Assembly (NCBI GenBank): GCA_029934085.1
Contig: JAOZMY010000001.1
Coordinates: 24,031 to 74,418, forward strand
Origin: a bacterium
Lineage (GTDB): Bacteria; Desulfobacterota; S145-22
Direction of reading: 5' to 3'
Length of the DNA: 50,388 nt
The notes beneath the pieces were generated by a model, which worked only from the letters and a program-made list of their open reading frames with translations, was not told the origin of the DNA and searched no databases. The position numbers and the translations under genes were made by a program. Within the stretch, counting starts at the first letter, position 1, and the number at the start of each line of letters is the position of its first letter. This document shows, piece after piece, positions 25,070-36,247 of the stretch.

Positions 25070-27710
25070 TGACTTCTTGGAGTTGGCTCGGAAAAAAGGG
25101 TTAAGCGAAAAAGAGCGTATGGCGGAACTGAAACGCCTTGGATTCAAGCTTACCAAGGAAGAAGTGGCCGAACAGCTTCATGAGTCAGAGAAAGAGGTGA
25201 CTTCGGAGGAAGGAGAAACTTCCAAGGTCAAGGTTATCGAAAAGCGAATCAAGGGAAATGTTATCCGTCGACGGGTCCGTAAGGTGGCCAAACCGAAGGT
25301 TGAGGAAGAAAAACCGGCCGAAGAGGTTACAGAGACACCTGTTGCAAAGGAAGAAGGACAACCTGAATCCCCTGCTGCCGCTGAAGATGTGAAGGCGGAA
25401 GCCACTGAGACAAAAGAAGAGGTGTCTCAAGAGGCTGTAGCCGAGGAAACAGCCGAGGTGCCTGCGGAGGAGGCTCCCGTAGAGGAGGTCCCATCCGAAG
25501 AGGCTCCTGAGGAAAAGGCCGTTTCCAAGCCATCCGTTGAGGCGAAGCCAAAGAAAAAGAAGAAGAAAAAAGATGAAGGGGCGCGGGTGACGGGTTTTGT
25601 CGATCTTACGGCTATTCTCGAAAAGGAAAAGCTCGAGGCCGAGAAGAAGGCCCCCAAGAAAGAGAAGGCGAGGAAAGGCGAGGCAGAGGGAGAAGGTGTT
25701 ACCCCCTTGTCGGGAGCAGTATTAAAAGAGGCTGGAAGGGGGGAAAAACCCGCAGCGGTTGAGGAAAAGGTGCCTTCAAAGAAGCGCCATAAGGTTCGGA
25801 GGAAATGGGTCGAACGTGATTTCAGGAAGGAACTGAATGAATACCTTGCCGGTGCCAAGGGGCAGGGAGACGAAGCTTTGCGGGCCTCACGGAAGCATAA
25901 GAAAGAGAAGAGGGGGGCCAAGAAAGAGACCGTGTCCACTGCGCCGGCAAAAGAGATCAAGCGGGTCATTCGTATCCTCGATAAGATCTCCGTGGGTGAG
26001 CTTGCGAAGCGTATGGGTGTCAAGATTGAGGAAGTCATGGCCAAGTTGATGGACCTGGGGATTCAGGTAAGCATCAACGAAACGGTGGATGCGGATACCG
26101 CAAGCCTGGTAGCATCCGAGTTTTCGTATACTGTGGAGGATGCCTCCAAGGATATTGAAGGACTTCTCTTCGATGAAGAGGATCGCGAAGAGGATCTTGC
26201 GCCCAGGCCGCCGGTTGTGACCGTGATGGGCCACGTAGATCATGGAAAAACCCTGCTTCTCGACGCCATCCGTAAGACTCATGTGGTTGATGAAGAGGCG
26301 GGAGGTATTACCCAGCATATTGGGGCCTATGAAGTGGATCTCGGGAAGGGCAAACGGGTGGTTTTCATTGACACACCGGGTCATGAGGCCTTCACGGAGA
26401 TGCGGGCCAGAGGGGCCCAGGTTACGGATATCGTCGTCCTTGTGGTGGCGGCCGATGACGGGGTGATGCCCCAGACGGTAGAGGCCATCAACCATGCAAA
26501 GGCGGCGGAGGTTCCCATCATCGTGGCCATCAACAAGATTGACAAGCCCCAGGCGCAGCCGGAAAGGGTCCGTCAGGCCCTGATGGAGCACGGTCTGGTC
26601 CCTGAGGAACTTGGCGGAGATACCTTGTTCGTGGAGGTTTCCGCGAAAACGCGACAGGGTATCGATGATCTCTTGGAGATGATCCTGCTCCAGGCGGAGA
26701 TGATGGACTTGAGAGCCAACCCCAAGCGGAAGGCCAGGGCGGTGGTCCTTGAATCGGGTATGGATCGGAACCGGGGTGTTACTGCCACCACTATCGTGAA
26801 GGAGGGAACCTTGAAGAAAGGAGACTTTTTCGTGGTGGGACCGAGTTACGGGAAGGTTCGTACCCTTATGGACGATAAGGGAAAAACCGTAAAGTCTGCT
26901 GGACCGTCTTCACCGGTCCTGGTGCTCGGGTTTGCCGAGATTCCAGAAGTTGGAGAAACCCTCTATGTGGTGAAGAATGAGAAGGAAGCCAAGCAGATAG
27001 CCACGTATCGTCGAACGAAGATCTTGGAAGAGAGGGCCAGCGCGCAAGCCTCAGTCTCGCTGGATGATCTATTCGAGAAGATCAAGGAAGGCGAGATCAA
27101 TGAGCTGAACGTTATTGTCAAGGCGGATGTGATGGGAAGCCTGAAGGCCGTTTGTGAGGCCCTGGGCAAGCTTGGGAACGAGGAGGTCCGCGTCAACATC
27201 GTCCACCAGGCGGTGGGGGGAATCAGCGAGTCGGACATCAATCTTGCTTCCGCCTCTCAGGCCATCGTGATCGGTTTTAACGTGCGTCCCGAACCAAAGG
27301 CGAGAAACCTTGCCAAGAAGGAAGGGGTTGAGATACGTCTCTACTCGATTATTTATGACTTGATCGACGACGTGACGAAGGCCCTGACGGGGATGTTAGC
27401 GCCCAAACGTGAAGAGAAGGTCCTTGGCAGGGCGGAGGTCCGTGCAACGTTTTCAGTCCCGAAGGTCGGAGTGGTTGCCGGATGCTATGTGGTGGATGGG
27501 GAAATTCCCCGGAATGCCTTTGTCCACCTTCTGAGGGACAATGTGGTGGTTTACGATGGAAAGATTTCCTCCCTGAGGCGTTTTAAGGACGACGTCAAAG
27601 TGGTTCAGGCGGGATACGAGTGTGGTTTGGGTATTGAGAATTTCAACGATATAAAGGTTGGTGATATTATAGAAGCCTACATCATGGAGGAAACCGCGGC
27701 GGAACTTTAG
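25056..27710 (+). CDS. infB: Translation initiation factor IF-2
   Basis: This 884-aa protein has a low-complexity acidic/Lys-rich N-terminal region. The G domain motifs are [20 protein letters not shown] and NKID. The C-terminal domains are present. Confidence 0.97.
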   Translation: MSKLDDFLELARKKGLSEKERMAELKRLGFKLTKEEVAEQLHESEKEVTSEEGETSKVKVIEKRIKGNVIRRRVRKVAKPKVEEEKPAEEVTETPVAKEEGQPESPAAAEDVKAEATETKEEVSQEAVAEETAEVPAEEAPVEEVPSEEAPEEKAVSKPSVEAKPKKKKKKKDEGARVTGFVDLTAILEKEKLEAEKKAPKKEKARKGEAEGEGVTPLSGAVLKEAGRGEKPAAVEEKVPSKKRHKVRRKWVERDFRKELNEYLAGAKGQGDEALRASRKHKKEKRGAKKETVSTAPAKEIKRVIRILDKISVGELAKRMGVKIEEVMAKLMDLGIQVSINETVDADTASLVASEFSYTVEDASKDIEGLLFDEEDREEDLAPRPPVVTVMGHVDHGKTLLLDAIRKTHVVDEEAGGITQHIGAYEVDLGKGKRVVFIDTPGHEAFTEMRARGAQVTDIVVLVVAADDGVMPQTVEAINHAKAAEVPIIVAINKIDKPQAQPERVRQALMEHGLVPEELGGDTLFVEVSAKTRQGIDDLLEMILLQAEMMDLRANPKRKARAVVLESGMDRNRGVTATTIVKEGTLKKGDFFVVGPSYGKVRTLMDDKGKTVKSAGPSSPVLVLGFAEIPEVGETLYVVKNEKEAKQIATYRRTKILEERASAQASVSLDDLFEKIKEGEINELNVIVKADVMGSLKAVCEALGKLGNEEVRVNIVHQAVGGISESDINLASASQAIVIGFNVRPEPKARNLAKKEGVEIRLYSIIYDLIDDVTKALTGMLAPKREEKVLGRAEVRATFSVPKVGVVAGCYVVDGEIPRNAFVHLLRDNVVVYDGKISSLRRFKDDVKVVQAGYECGLGIENFNDIKVGDIIEAYIMEETAAEL

Positions 27711-27722
27711 TGGGAAACGGCC

Positions 27723-28025
27723 ATGGTGATAGGGTATGGAATGATCGATCTTTTTATGGAGGGCGTTGGTTCGTTAAAGGGGAAGCGGCGTATCGTGCTT
27801 AAGATACTCGATCGAACCCGAAACAAGTTTCCTGTTTCCATTACGGAGGTAGATATGCAGGACTTGTGGCAGCGGGCTCGGATCGGGTATTGCGTGGTTG
27901 GTACAAACCAGGAGATTGTGCAGCGCACGCTACACCAGGTTTGTGATTACGTGGAATCCCTCCATCTGGCCCAGGTGACCCAGATGGAAACGGGGATTGT
28001 TATAGAAAAAGGACAGAGGTTTTAG
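27723..28025 (+). CDS. DUF503 family protein (YlxP-like)
   Basis: This 100-aa protein has SLKGKRRIV...KF. It occupies the conserved position between infB and rbfA. Confidence 0.75.
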   Translation: MVIGYGMIDLFMEGVGSLKGKRRIVLKILDRTRNKFPVSITEVDMQDLWQRARIGYCVVGTNQEIVQRTLHQVCDYVESLHLAQVTQMETGIVIEKGQRF

Positions 28026-28029
28026 TGTC

Positions 28030-28380
28030 ATGAGAGGGCAGAGAACGGAGCGTGTCGGAGATAGGATTCGTGAAGTCGTCTCACAGTTGCTGGTGAAAAA
28101 AGTGAAGGATCCGAGGGTTTCCTTCTGTACCATCACCCATGTGAGGATGACCTCAGATCTGAAGATCGCTCGGGTTTATTTTTCGGTGATCGAGGGGGTT
28201 CAAGACTGGCATAAAACCCTGAAAGGCCTTAACAGTGCGAAGGGCTATATCCGGCGGGAGCTGGGCAAGGAGGTCATTCTCAAAACGACACCCCAGATAG
28301 AATTCATTCATGATGATACCTTTGAAGAGATGGATCGAATCCAGTCGCTCCTAAATAAAGTGAAAGTCGAGCCTTTATGA
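28030..28380 (+). CDS. rbfA: Ribosome-binding factor A
   Basis: This 116-aa protein has RVGDRIREVVSQLL...KDPRV...ITHVRMTSDLKIARVYF. Confidence 0.92.
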   Translation: MRGQRTERVGDRIREVVSQLLVKKVKDPRVSFCTITHVRMTSDLKIARVYFSVIEGVQDWHKTLKGLNSAKGYIRRELGKEVILKTTPQIEFIHDDTFEEMDRIQSLLNKVKVEPL

Positions 28381-29342
28381 AGAAGATAAGCGAAGAGATA
28401 CTGAAACATCGAAAGTTTTTGATTACGACACACGTGGAACCTGATGGAGATGCCGTGGGGTCCACCCTGGCCATGTGGCATGCCCTGAAGGCCATGGGTA
28501 AAGAGGTTGTGGCTTGTTTGGCGGATCCGGTGCCCCCGATTTATCGTTTTCTCCCGGGCTCCCGTGAAATCCTCAACGAGGTTCCCCTTGGATTCAACCC
28601 GGATTGCGTGATCGTTCTCGATTGCAGCGAACTACGCAGGGCGGGGAGAATCCTTGATGAGATTGACATGGAGACGGTTGTCCTAATGAATATCGATCAT
28701 CACAATAGCAATGATCGGTTTGGAGATTTTTCCTTTGTGGAGGAAAGCGCGGCGACGGGGGAGCTGGTCTACGAGCTCATGGGGGATCTGAAAATTCCCT
28801 TGACGCATGATATGGGGATGTGTATCTACACGGCCATCTTGACCGATACGGGGGGATTTCGGTACCGGAACACCACCCGGCGTTCCCTCCAGATCGCCGC
28901 GGAGATTGTGGGGCTGGGTGTCAATCCTGGGGAGATCGCAGAGAGGGCCTGTGAGAGCTACCCGCTGGAGCGGTTTCAGATCCTGGGGAAGGCCCTGAGG
29001 AATTTGCGGGTGAGTTGCAACGGTAAGGTCGCCGACTTCTTTGTCACCCAGAAGATGTTTAACGGAAACGGAGTTTCTCCCAGCATCGTTGAGGGATTTG
29101 TCAATTATCCAAGGGAGATCAATGGGGTCCTGGTCAGCGTCTTTTTCAGGGAGAAGGCGAAGGGCCAATATCGGGTGAGCCTTCGATCCAAAGGAGATGC
29201 CGATGTTTCTGAGGTTGCCCAGTTTTTCGGGGGTGGAGGACACCGGAACGCAGCTGGTTGCCTGGTAGAAGGCGATTTTGAAACGGCAAGAAGACACGTG
29301 CTTGAGAGGGTTTGTGAAGCGGTTCGGGGGTGTGAAGGGTGA
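28377..29342 (+). CDS. nrnA: DHH/DHHA1 phosphoesterase (NrnA-like oligoribonuclease / pAp phosphatase)
   Basis: Motifs: HVEPDGDAVGS, DHHNSN, GGGGHRNAAG. It shares an ATGA overlap with rbfA. Confidence 0.8.
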   Translation: MKKISEEILKHRKFLITTHVEPDGDAVGSTLAMWHALKAMGKEVVACLADPVPPIYRFLPGSREILNEVPLGFNPDCVIVLDCSELRRAGRILDEIDMETVVLMNIDHHNSNDRFGDFSFVEESAATGELVYELMGDLKIPLTHDMGMCIYTAILTDTGGFRYRNTTRRSLQIAAEIVGLGVNPGEIAERACESYPLERFQILGKALRNLRVSCNGKVADFFVTQKMFNGNGVSPSIVEGFVNYPREINGVLVSVFFREKAKGQYRVSLRSKGDADVSEVAQFFGGGGHRNAAGCLVEGDFETARRHVLERVCEAVRGCEG

Positions 29343-30286
29343 GAGACGTCAAAAAAGGGGGATTCCTCATTCTCAATAAACCAGCGGGAATGATTTCCAA
29401 CCAGGCCCTGGGACGAATAAAGAGATTGTTCAAAGTGAAAAAGGCGGGTTATATAGGGACCCTGGACCCGTTTGCCACGGGGGTTCTGCCGATTGCGCTG
29501 AATCAAGGGACCCGTTTAATCCCCTATTTTGAGAACGACGTCAAGGGTTACGAGGGGGAGATAGAACTCGGTATCGAGACGGATACCATGGATTCTTCTG
29601 GTAAGGTCATCGCCACTGCGACTCCCCCCTCCCTTAGCTTCGAGGAGGTTCAGGCCATTTTCAAACGTTTCACCGGTGTTATCGAACAGGTCCCTCCCAT
29701 GTATTCGGCCAGGAAGGTGAATGGGGTTCCTCTCTATAGGATGGCGCGGAAGGGGCAGGAAGTGGATCGGGGGGTCAAACGTGTGGTTATCCACGAGTTT
29801 ATCCTCAAATCGATCGATGGAACGAAATTGAAATTTTCGGTCTCTTGTTCGAAGGGAACGTATATCCGAGTCCTTGCCCATGATGTGGGCCGGGAGATAG
29901 GATGCGGTGCGGTTCTCGCGAGCCTCTGTAGAGTCAGGAGCGGAAGATTTCATATAGACGAGGCCGTGACCCTCGAGGAACTGGAGGAATTGAACGAAGA
30001 GGATCGATGGGCAAAGGTCCTAAGTAATCGGGCCGTTCTGTCTTCGTGGGAGGAGATAATCGTTCCCGACGACGTCGTCCGCTCCATTTCGAACGGGCGG
30101 GCGATCTATTGGATGGATGTGAAACGGTATGACCTGCCATTGATAAAAGTGGAGGATCCGATTAAAATAGTATCGAAAGATGGTCGTCTCGCGGCTATCG
30201 TGAGAAGCCGTATCGTTCAGAAGGAGGAAGAGAAGAGTGATCTTTCTCCCGTAATTTATGAACTGGAGAAGGTGTTCGCACCTTAA
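29339..30286 (+). CDS. truB: tRNA pseudouridine(55) synthase
   Basis: It has GYIGTLDPFATGVLPIAL (catalytic Asp motif) and a PUA-like C-terminus. It shares a GTGA overlap with the upstream gene. Confidence 0.92.
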   Translation: MRDVKKGGFLILNKPAGMISNQALGRIKRLFKVKKAGYIGTLDPFATGVLPIALNQGTRLIPYFENDVKGYEGEIELGIETDTMDSSGKVIATATPPSLSFEEVQAIFKRFTGVIEQVPPMYSARKVNGVPLYRMARKGQEVDRGVKRVVIHEFILKSIDGTKLKFSVSCSKGTYIRVLAHDVGREIGCGAVLASLCRVRSGRFHIDEAVTLEELEELNEEDRWAKVLSNRAVLSSWEEIIVPDDVVRSISNGRAIYWMDVKRYDLPLIKVEDPIKIVSKDGRLAAIVRSRIVQKEEEKSDLSPVIYELEKVFAP

Positions 30287-30312
30287 TTGAGAAGTAAAAA
30301 AAGGAGGCGTAA

Positions 30313-30582
30313 ATGGCTCTAACAGCTGAAAGAAAAGGAGAAATTATTCAGAAATTCAAGGTTCATGACTCGGATACCGGGTCTCCAGAGGTCCAGGTGG
30401 CCTTGCTGACGGAGAGGATCAGCTACCTGACCGAGCATTTCAAGGTGCACAAAAAGGATTTTCATTCACGCCGGGGGCTTTTGAAGCTCGTCGGGCAGAG
30501 AAGAAGACTTCTGGACTACTTGAAGAGAAAGGATGTAGAGCGATACCGAAAATTGATAAAAGAATTGGGATTAAGAAGATAG
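30313..30582 (+). CDS. rpsO: 30S ribosomal protein S15
   Basis: This 89-aa protein has [47 protein letters not shown]. Confidence 0.97.
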   Translation: MALTAERKGEIIQKFKVHDSDTGSPEVQVALLTERISYLTEHFKVHKKDFHSRRGLLKLVGQRRRLLDYLKRKDVERYRKLIKELGLRR

Positions 30583-30623
30583 TTAATATTTTAGCATGTA
30601 GTTTGATAGGAGATTTAGAGTAG

Positions 30624-32723
30624 ATGAATATAAAAGAAACATTGATGGTGGGAGGACGACCCCTAACCATTGAGACGGGGAAAGTGGCTCGACAGGCGGA
30701 CGGCGCTGTTGTGATAACTCATGGGGACACGGTCGTCCTGGTGACGGCGGTTTCCGAGCGCGTAAAGAGGGAAGGGCTCGATTTCTTCCCATTGACCGTA
30801 AATTACCAAGAAATGACCTTTGCGGCGGGGAAGATCCCTGGAGGGTTCTTCAAACGGGAGGGAAAACCCTCCGAGAGGGAAACCCTTATATCGAGGCTGA
30901 TCGATCGACCCATCCGGCCCCTTTTCCCAAAGGGATATAAGAACGAAACCCAGATTATCGCGACAGTCCTCTCCTTTGATCAGGAGAACGATCCCTCTGT
31001 GTTGGGAATTCTGGGAGCTTCCGCTTCTCTCGGCATTTCGGATATCCCCTTTGAGGGACCCATCGCCGCCGCGCGGGTGGGGCGTATTAACGGGGAGTTC
31101 ATCGCCTTTCCTACCGAAGAGCAGTTGGCGGAAAGCGACATCGATCTGGTCGTAGCGGGAAACCGTGATGCCGTTCTGATGGTGGAGGCGGGCGCGAAGT
31201 TCGCCTCGGAAGACGATATGGTCACGGCAATCCTCTTCGGCCACCGGGCACTTCAGCCCCTGATCGAGGTTCAGGAAAAGTTGGTGGAGAAATTGGGTGT
31301 CGAGAAGAGGGAGTTCGAGCCGGAATCCGTGGAGGAATCTCTGGTTTCCTGGGTCAAGGAGAAGGCGAACGGCCTTATCCGTGAGGCCCTCCTCATTCCC
31401 GTCAAAAAGGAGCGCCAGCAGCGACTGAAAGAGGTTTATGAGGAGATCGCCAACGGTCTTCCGGAAGAGTTCGAAGATCAGCGCTCGGCGGTTAAGGGAT
31501 GTTTCGAAGACCTGGAAAGGGAGATCCTCCGAAGTCTCATCGTCAAAGAGAAACGCCGAATCGATGGCCGATCCTTCACGGAGATCCGCCCGGTTTCCTG
31601 TGAGGTTGGAGTCCTCCCCAGAACCCATGGATCTGCTATTTTTACGCGGGGTGAGACTCAGGCGCTGGTCGTAACGACCTTCGGAACCTCGGAAGACGAA
31701 CAGAAGATCGATACGATCACGGAAGAGGGATATAAATCCTTTATGCTTCACTACAATTTCCCCCCCTACTGCGTGGGGGAGGCCAGCCGCCTGGGGCCGC
31801 CCAGTCGACGTGAGATCGGTCATGGCGCCTTGGCGGAAAGGGCCCTCAAACCGGTCGTGCCGGACGAGACGGAGTTTCCTTACACGATACGCGTTGTTTC
31901 TGAGATCTTGGAGTCCAACGGATCGTCCTCCATGGCGACGGTATGTGGAACCACTCTTTCCCTGATGGATGCTGGTGTGCCCATTAGCCAGCCTATCGCG
32001 GGGATTGCCATGGGCTTAATCGAGGAGAGCGGCGAGATCGTCATCCTCTCGGATATCATGGGGGATGAGGACCATTCCGGGGACATGGATTTCAAAGTCG
32101 CCGGCGCTTATGATGGCATCACCGCGCTTCAGATGGACATCAAGATCTCGGGTATCAGCGAGGAGATCCTGAAGAAGGCCCTCTATCAGGCCAAGGAAGG
32201 ACGTCAGCATATCCTGAACATCATGAGGATGACGCTGGATAAGCCGAGGGAGGCCCTTTCCAAGCACGCGCCCCGAATCACCACGCTGGAGATCAACCCC
32301 GACAAGATTCGCGAGGTGATCGGACCGGGTGGAAAAGTTATTCGTGGGATTGTGGAAAAAACAGGTGTCAAAATAGATATCGAGGACGGTGGAATTGTCA
32401 AGATCGTTTCTACCGATGCGGAAAAGGCGGATGAGGCCATCAAGATCATCAAGGAAATCGTCCAGGAGGCCGAGATAGGGAAGATCTATGAAGGGAAGGT
32501 TCGGAAGGTGGTCAATTTCGGTGCCTTCGTGGAAATCTTTCCCGGCACAGACGGCCTTGTTCACATCTCACAGTTGTCGGATGAACGTGTCAGGGACATC
32601 TTCAGTTATATTAAGGAGGGAGATATCATTCCCGTGAAGGTAATCGATATCGACCGGGACGGGAAGATCAAGTTGAGCCGGAAGGCCGCCTTGAAGGAAC
32701 TGAGGGAGAAGAAAGACCAATGA
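30624..32723 (+). CDS. pnp: Polyribonucleotide nucleotidyltransferase (PNPase)
   Basis: This 699-aa protein has two RNase PH domains, a KH domain ([15 protein letters not shown]) and an S1 domain ([19 protein letters not shown]). Confidence 0.97.
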   Translation: MNIKETLMVGGRPLTIETGKVARQADGAVVITHGDTVVLVTAVSERVKREGLDFFPLTVNYQEMTFAAGKIPGGFFKREGKPSERETLISRLIDRPIRPLFPKGYKNETQIIATVLSFDQENDPSVLGILGASASLGISDIPFEGPIAAARVGRINGEFIAFPTEEQLAESDIDLVVAGNRDAVLMVEAGAKFASEDDMVTAILFGHRALQPLIEVQEKLVEKLGVEKREFEPESVEESLVSWVKEKANGLIREALLIPVKKERQQRLKEVYEEIANGLPEEFEDQRSAVKGCFEDLEREILRSLIVKEKRRIDGRSFTEIRPVSCEVGVLPRTHGSAIFTRGETQALVVTTFGTSEDEQKIDTITEEGYKSFMLHYNFPPYCVGEASRLGPPSRREIGHGALAERALKPVVPDETEFPYTIRVVSEILESNGSSSMATVCGTTLSLMDAGVPISQPIAGIAMGLIEESGEIVILSDIMGDEDHSGDMDFKVAGAYDGITALQMDIKISGISEEILKKALYQAKEGRQHILNIMRMTLDKPREALSKHAPRITTLEINPDKIREVIGPGGKVIRGIVEKTGVKIDIEDGGIVKIVSTDAEKADEAIKIIKEIVQEAEIGKIYEGKVRKVVNFGAFVEIFPGTDGLVHISQLSDERVRDIFSYIKEGDIIPVKVIDIDRDGKIKLSRKAALKELREKKDQ

Positions 32724-32733
32724 GACACGTTTT

Positions 32734-33990
32734 ATGAACGCACAAAAGGTTGTTTTAGACAATCACATACGCCTTCTCATGGAACCTCTTAACGAGGTTC
32801 CATCTGTTTGTATAGGTCTATGGGTGTGTACGGGGTCCCGGGACGAACTGCCTGAAGAGAATGGATTGACCCATTTCATCGAGCACATGCTGTTCAAGGG
32901 AACCTCCCATCGGGGTGCCCTGGAGATTGCCAAGGAGATCGACAAGATTGGGGGAGTCCTCAATGCCTTTACAGGACGGGAGTATACCTGTTTTTACACC
33001 AAGGTCCTAAGATCCCATATGGAGAAGGGATTTGAAATCCTTTCGGATATTTTCTTTAATTCCCTCTTTCGGGAGGAGGATATCGAGCGGGAGCGGGGGG
33101 TTATCCTTCAAGAGATCAAGATGGTAGAGGATACCCCGGATGAATATGTCCATGAGCTATTTTATCGAGACCTGTGGGGGGGCGATCCCTTGGGTGCTCC
33201 AATTTCTGGGACCCTTGAAACGGTCTCGCGTTTCACCCGAGAGGACATTTTGGGGTATTTCGAAAGCCACTACCTTTCTTCCCGACTGATTCTCGCCGTC
33301 GCGGGGAATATCGAGCCGGAAGCAGTGGTAGCCATGGGGAAGCAGTATTTCGGATCGGGAAGGCTTAATGGGGCCCGGGCGCCGAAAATCGAACCCGCGG
33401 AGACCTTTTCAGGATTTTATCCCCACACTCGGGAGTTGGAGCAACTCCATGTTTGCTGGGGAGGGAAGGGCTGTTCCAGGACGGACAAGGAACGCTATCC
33501 CCTCTACGCGCTCAGTACCTACCTGGGAGGGGGTATGAGTTCGCGCCTGTTTCAGGAAGTGCGCGAGAAGCGGGGATTGGTCTATTCTATTTACTCCTAT
33601 GCGAATTTTTTCAGACACGAGGGGATCTTCGCCATCACGTGGTCTGCCCAGGAGAATCGTTTTACGGAAATCGTCGATATCGTGAAAGGGGAGATCGATC
33701 GAACCCGGCGCCAAGGGCTGACGGAAAAGGATCTGCGAGAGATCAAAGAGCAGATGAAGGGGAACCTTTTATTGAGTCTCGAGGGGACGAACAGCCGGAT
33801 GAACAAACTTGCTACGGATGAGATCTACTTTGGGCGTTTCGTGCCCATCGATGAGGTTGTGGCCAATGTTGACGCGATGACCCTTGGGGATCTCGATGAG
33901 GTTCTGGAGAAATATGTCGATCCGGAAAGGTTTTGCATGACAACCCTGGGCCCACAGGTGGTTGATGGGGAACCAGCCGAGGGGTCGTAG
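32734..33990 (+). CDS. M16-family zinc peptidase (insulinase-like)
   Basis: It has HFIEHMLFKGT (HxxEH zinc motif). At 418 aa it is typical of the YmxG/PqqL-like genes found after pnp. Confidence 0.85.
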   Translation: MNAQKVVLDNHIRLLMEPLNEVPSVCIGLWVCTGSRDELPEENGLTHFIEHMLFKGTSHRGALEIAKEIDKIGGVLNAFTGREYTCFYTKVLRSHMEKGFEILSDIFFNSLFREEDIERERGVILQEIKMVEDTPDEYVHELFYRDLWGGDPLGAPISGTLETVSRFTREDILGYFESHYLSSRLILAVAGNIEPEAVVAMGKQYFGSGRLNGARAPKIEPAETFSGFYPHTRELEQLHVCWGGKGCSRTDKERYPLYALSTYLGGGMSSRLFQEVREKRGLVYSIYSYANFFRHEGIFAITWSAQENRFTEIVDIVKGEIDRTRRQGLTEKDLREIKEQMKGNLLLSLEGTNSRMNKLATDEIYFGRFVPIDEVVANVDAMTLGDLDEVLEKYVDPERFCMTTLGPQVVDGEPAEGS

Positions 33991-33992
33991 CG

Positions 33993-34442
33993 ATGGAAGA
34001 AATTGAGATAGGGTTTCATCCGTTGACGCCCAAGGCCCTTTCTCGTCTTCCAAAGAGGGCGACGGAGGGAGCGGCGGGGTGGGATGTCCAGGCTATGCTC
34101 GATGAAACCATCTGTCTCGAGCCGGGGCAGCGGACCTTAATCCCCACGGGATTTGCCATGAGTCTCCCGGAAGGATACGAGGCACAGGTGCGACCTCGGA
34201 GTGGATGGGCCTACCGGACGGGTGTGACCTTGCTGAACACCCCGGGGACTATTGATTCAGACTATCGTGGCGAAGTTAAGGTTCTTCTCGTAAATCTTGG
34301 AGACGAACCCGTATGGATCCGGGACGGTGACCGGATCGCCCAGCTCGTGATCGGTAAGGTTCTGCCCGTAAAATTCGTTATGAAAGAGAAGATAGAGGAT
34401 ACCCCCAGGGGAGAGGGCGGATTTGGGCACTCCGGGCGCTGA
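33993..34442 (+). CDS. dut: dUTP diphosphatase
   Basis: Motifs: AAGWDV, RSGWAYRTGVTLLNTPGTIDSDYRGE, RGEGGFGHSG. Confidence 0.93.
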   Translation: MEEIEIGFHPLTPKALSRLPKRATEGAAGWDVQAMLDETICLEPGQRTLIPTGFAMSLPEGYEAQVRPRSGWAYRTGVTLLNTPGTIDSDYRGEVKVLLVNLGDEPVWIRDGDRIAQLVIGKVLPVKFVMKEKIEDTPRGEGGFGHSGR

Positions 34443-34452
34443 GGAGGAAACC

Positions 34453-34944
34453 ATGAAACTTGGGATTTTATCGGACACGCACGACAATCTTCCCTTTATC
34501 GAGAAAGCGGTAGAGGCCTTCAATAAGGCACAGGTCGATCTTGTTATCCATCTGGGAGACTACTGCGCTCCCTTTTCCCTGCGTCCTCTCAAGGGTTTGG
34601 AGATGGATTGGATGGGGGTGTTTGGAAACAACGACGGTGAGGTCAATGGCCTCACAGAGGCCTCGGAGGGGAAGATACGGAGGGGGAGCCTTTCTCTGGA
34701 GATCGGAGGCAAGAGGGTTTTTGCGGATCATATCAATCCTCTGAAGGACGCACTGGCAGACTCGGGCCATTTTGATCTGATCCTTTACGGTCACACGCAC
34801 GCCTTGGAGATTTATGAGAGGAACAGATGCTTGTGCGTGAATCCGGGGGAGGTCTGCGGGTACCTGACGGGGCGGCGGACCGTGGTATGTCTCTATCTTG
34901 ATGAGCTTTCCGAGGATCGTGTCGATGTAATCGATCTCGGGTGA
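34453..34944 (+). CDS. YfcE/MJ0936-family metallophosphoesterase
   Basis: The ATG at 34453 follows GAGGAGG. Motifs: ILSDTHDN, GDYCAP, GNNDGE, GHTH. Confidence 0.85.
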   Translation: MKLGILSDTHDNLPFIEKAVEAFNKAQVDLVIHLGDYCAPFSLRPLKGLEMDWMGVFGNNDGEVNGLTEASEGKIRRGSLSLEIGGKRVFADHINPLKDALADSGHFDLILYGHTHALEIYERNRCLCVNPGEVCGYLTGRRTVVCLYLDELSEDRVDVIDLG

Positions 34945-34972
34945 GAAACCCTTCTGAAGGGGTGGAGGTGGC

Positions 34973-35884
34973 GTGACAAAACTGGAAAACCAAGATGTCG
35001 AGTCCGCTCTCTCGGAGTTTACCCAATATCTCCTGATGGAAAAGGGTTTTTCTGACCATACGGTTTCCAGCTATCGTATGGATCTTGTCCAGTTCTTTAC
35101 CTTTCTTCGCGCCAAGGGTGGAGAAAGTGCCGAAGACGTGGATATGTATATGATCCTCGATTTTCTAAGAATGCTGAAAAAGAAGGGGATGACGCAGCGG
35201 ACGATCAACCGTAAGCTCTCAGCTATCCGAGGGTTTTTCCATTTTCTTTCCCAGCAGGGGGAAATCGTCAACGACCCTACGGAGGAAATTCGGACACCTC
35301 ACCTGCACCAATCCCTCCCCCATGTCATCCCCCTCCGGGATGTGGAGACAATCCTGGAACAACCCGATCTCAAAACCCCCAAGGGCATTCGGGACCGGGC
35401 CATTCTGGAGCTTCTCTATGCCACGGGGATGCGGGTGTCCGAGCTTGTCGCCCTCCCACTCCAGGGGGTTTTCTGGAATGAGGGATTTGTTAAGGTCTAT
35501 GGAAAAGGGGGAAAGGAGCGTCTGATACCCGTGGGACAGACGGCCCTGAACTGGCTTAGGGTCTATTGCGAGGAGGTTCGGAAGAGGGTTACAGGTTCAT
35601 CTTCCCGGGAAGAGATCTTTCTCTCGAGACTGGGAAGGCCCCTCTCCCGCCAAAGTGTTTGGAAGATGATCAAACACTATGCCTTGAAGGGCAACATCCG
35701 GGAGAAGATCAGCCCTCATACCCTCCGTCACTGTTTCGCGACCCATCTCTTAGAGCGGGGCGCGGATCTCCGCTCCGTCCAAATGATGCTGGGTCATGCC
35801 GATATCTCTACGACCCAGATTTACACCCATTTGACAAAGGATCACCTCATCAAGATTCACAAAGCGTTCCATCCCCGTGCGTGA
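34973..35884 (+). CDS. xerD: Tyrosine site-specific recombinase XerD (XerC/D family)
   Basis: GTG start. It has an N-terminal SAM-like domain. The catalytic region is ATGMRVSELV...HTLRHCFATHLLERGADLRSVQMMLGHADISTTQIYTHL. The context is housekeeping, with no flanking phage or IS genes. Confidence 0.8.
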   Translation: MTKLENQDVESALSEFTQYLLMEKGFSDHTVSSYRMDLVQFFTFLRAKGGESAEDVDMYMILDFLRMLKKKGMTQRTINRKLSAIRGFFHFLSQQGEIVNDPTEEIRTPHLHQSLPHVIPLRDVETILEQPDLKTPKGIRDRAILELLYATGMRVSELVALPLQGVFWNEGFVKVYGKGGKERLIPVGQTALNWLRVYCEEVRKRVTGSSSREEIFLSRLGRPLSRQSVWKMIKHYALKGNIREKISPHTLRHCFATHLLERGADLRSVQMMLGHADISTTQIYTHLTKDHLIKIHKAFHPRA

Positions 35885-36005
35885 AAAGTGGAAAGAGGCG
35901 GGGAATATTTGGAAATTCGAGGGATAATCTTCGATGGGGCTTGCATGTTGTTCTGAAATCTGATATGAGTAACCGCTTTTCGGATAAAACGAAGGAGGAT
36001 GCGAA

Positions 36006-36209
36006 ATGTCTCGCGTGTGTGAAATATGTGGGAAAGGTCCCATGGTTGGATATAATGTGAGCCACGCTCACAACAAAACGAAGAAGGTATGGTATCCCAA
36101 TCTCCAGAAAATCCGCGTCGTCGTGAACGGCCGGGTCAAGCGGATGAAGGTCTGTACCCGCTGTATCCGATCTGGAAGGGTGACAAAGCCTGTAACGTAT
36201 AAGGGATGA
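36006..36209 (+). CDS. rpmB: 50S ribosomal protein L28
   Basis: This 67-aa protein has [27 protein letters not shown]...PNLQ. Confidence 0.95.
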   Translation: MSRVCEICGKGPMVGYNVSHAHNKTKKVWYPNLQKIRVVVNGRVKRMKVCTRCIRSGRVTKPVTYKG

Positions 36210-36247
36210 GAGATAGAACTCCCAGTTGATTCTGGTTTTTAGTTCTT

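Noticed and set aside
25290-25580. Degenerate 12-nt repeats (GAGGAGGCTCCC-like, encoding EEAP/EEVP) and an A-rich run (AAGAAAAAGAAGAAGAAAAAAGAT, encoding Lys7) inside infB. This could be a tandem repeat or a slippery frameshift site.
   Set aside because: It is the usual low-complexity acidic/basic linker of the IF-2 N-terminal region. The reading frame continues uninterrupted into the G domain. There is no downstream structure or alternative-frame ORF to suggest programmed frameshifting.
34973-35884. A tyrosine recombinase as a possible marker of an integrated mobile element or genomic island.
   Set aside because: The sequence and length fit chromosomal XerD. The gene is embedded with short gaps in a housekeeping array (dut, yfcE-like, rpmB). 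I noticed no flanking tRNA, direct repeats, phage or IS genes.
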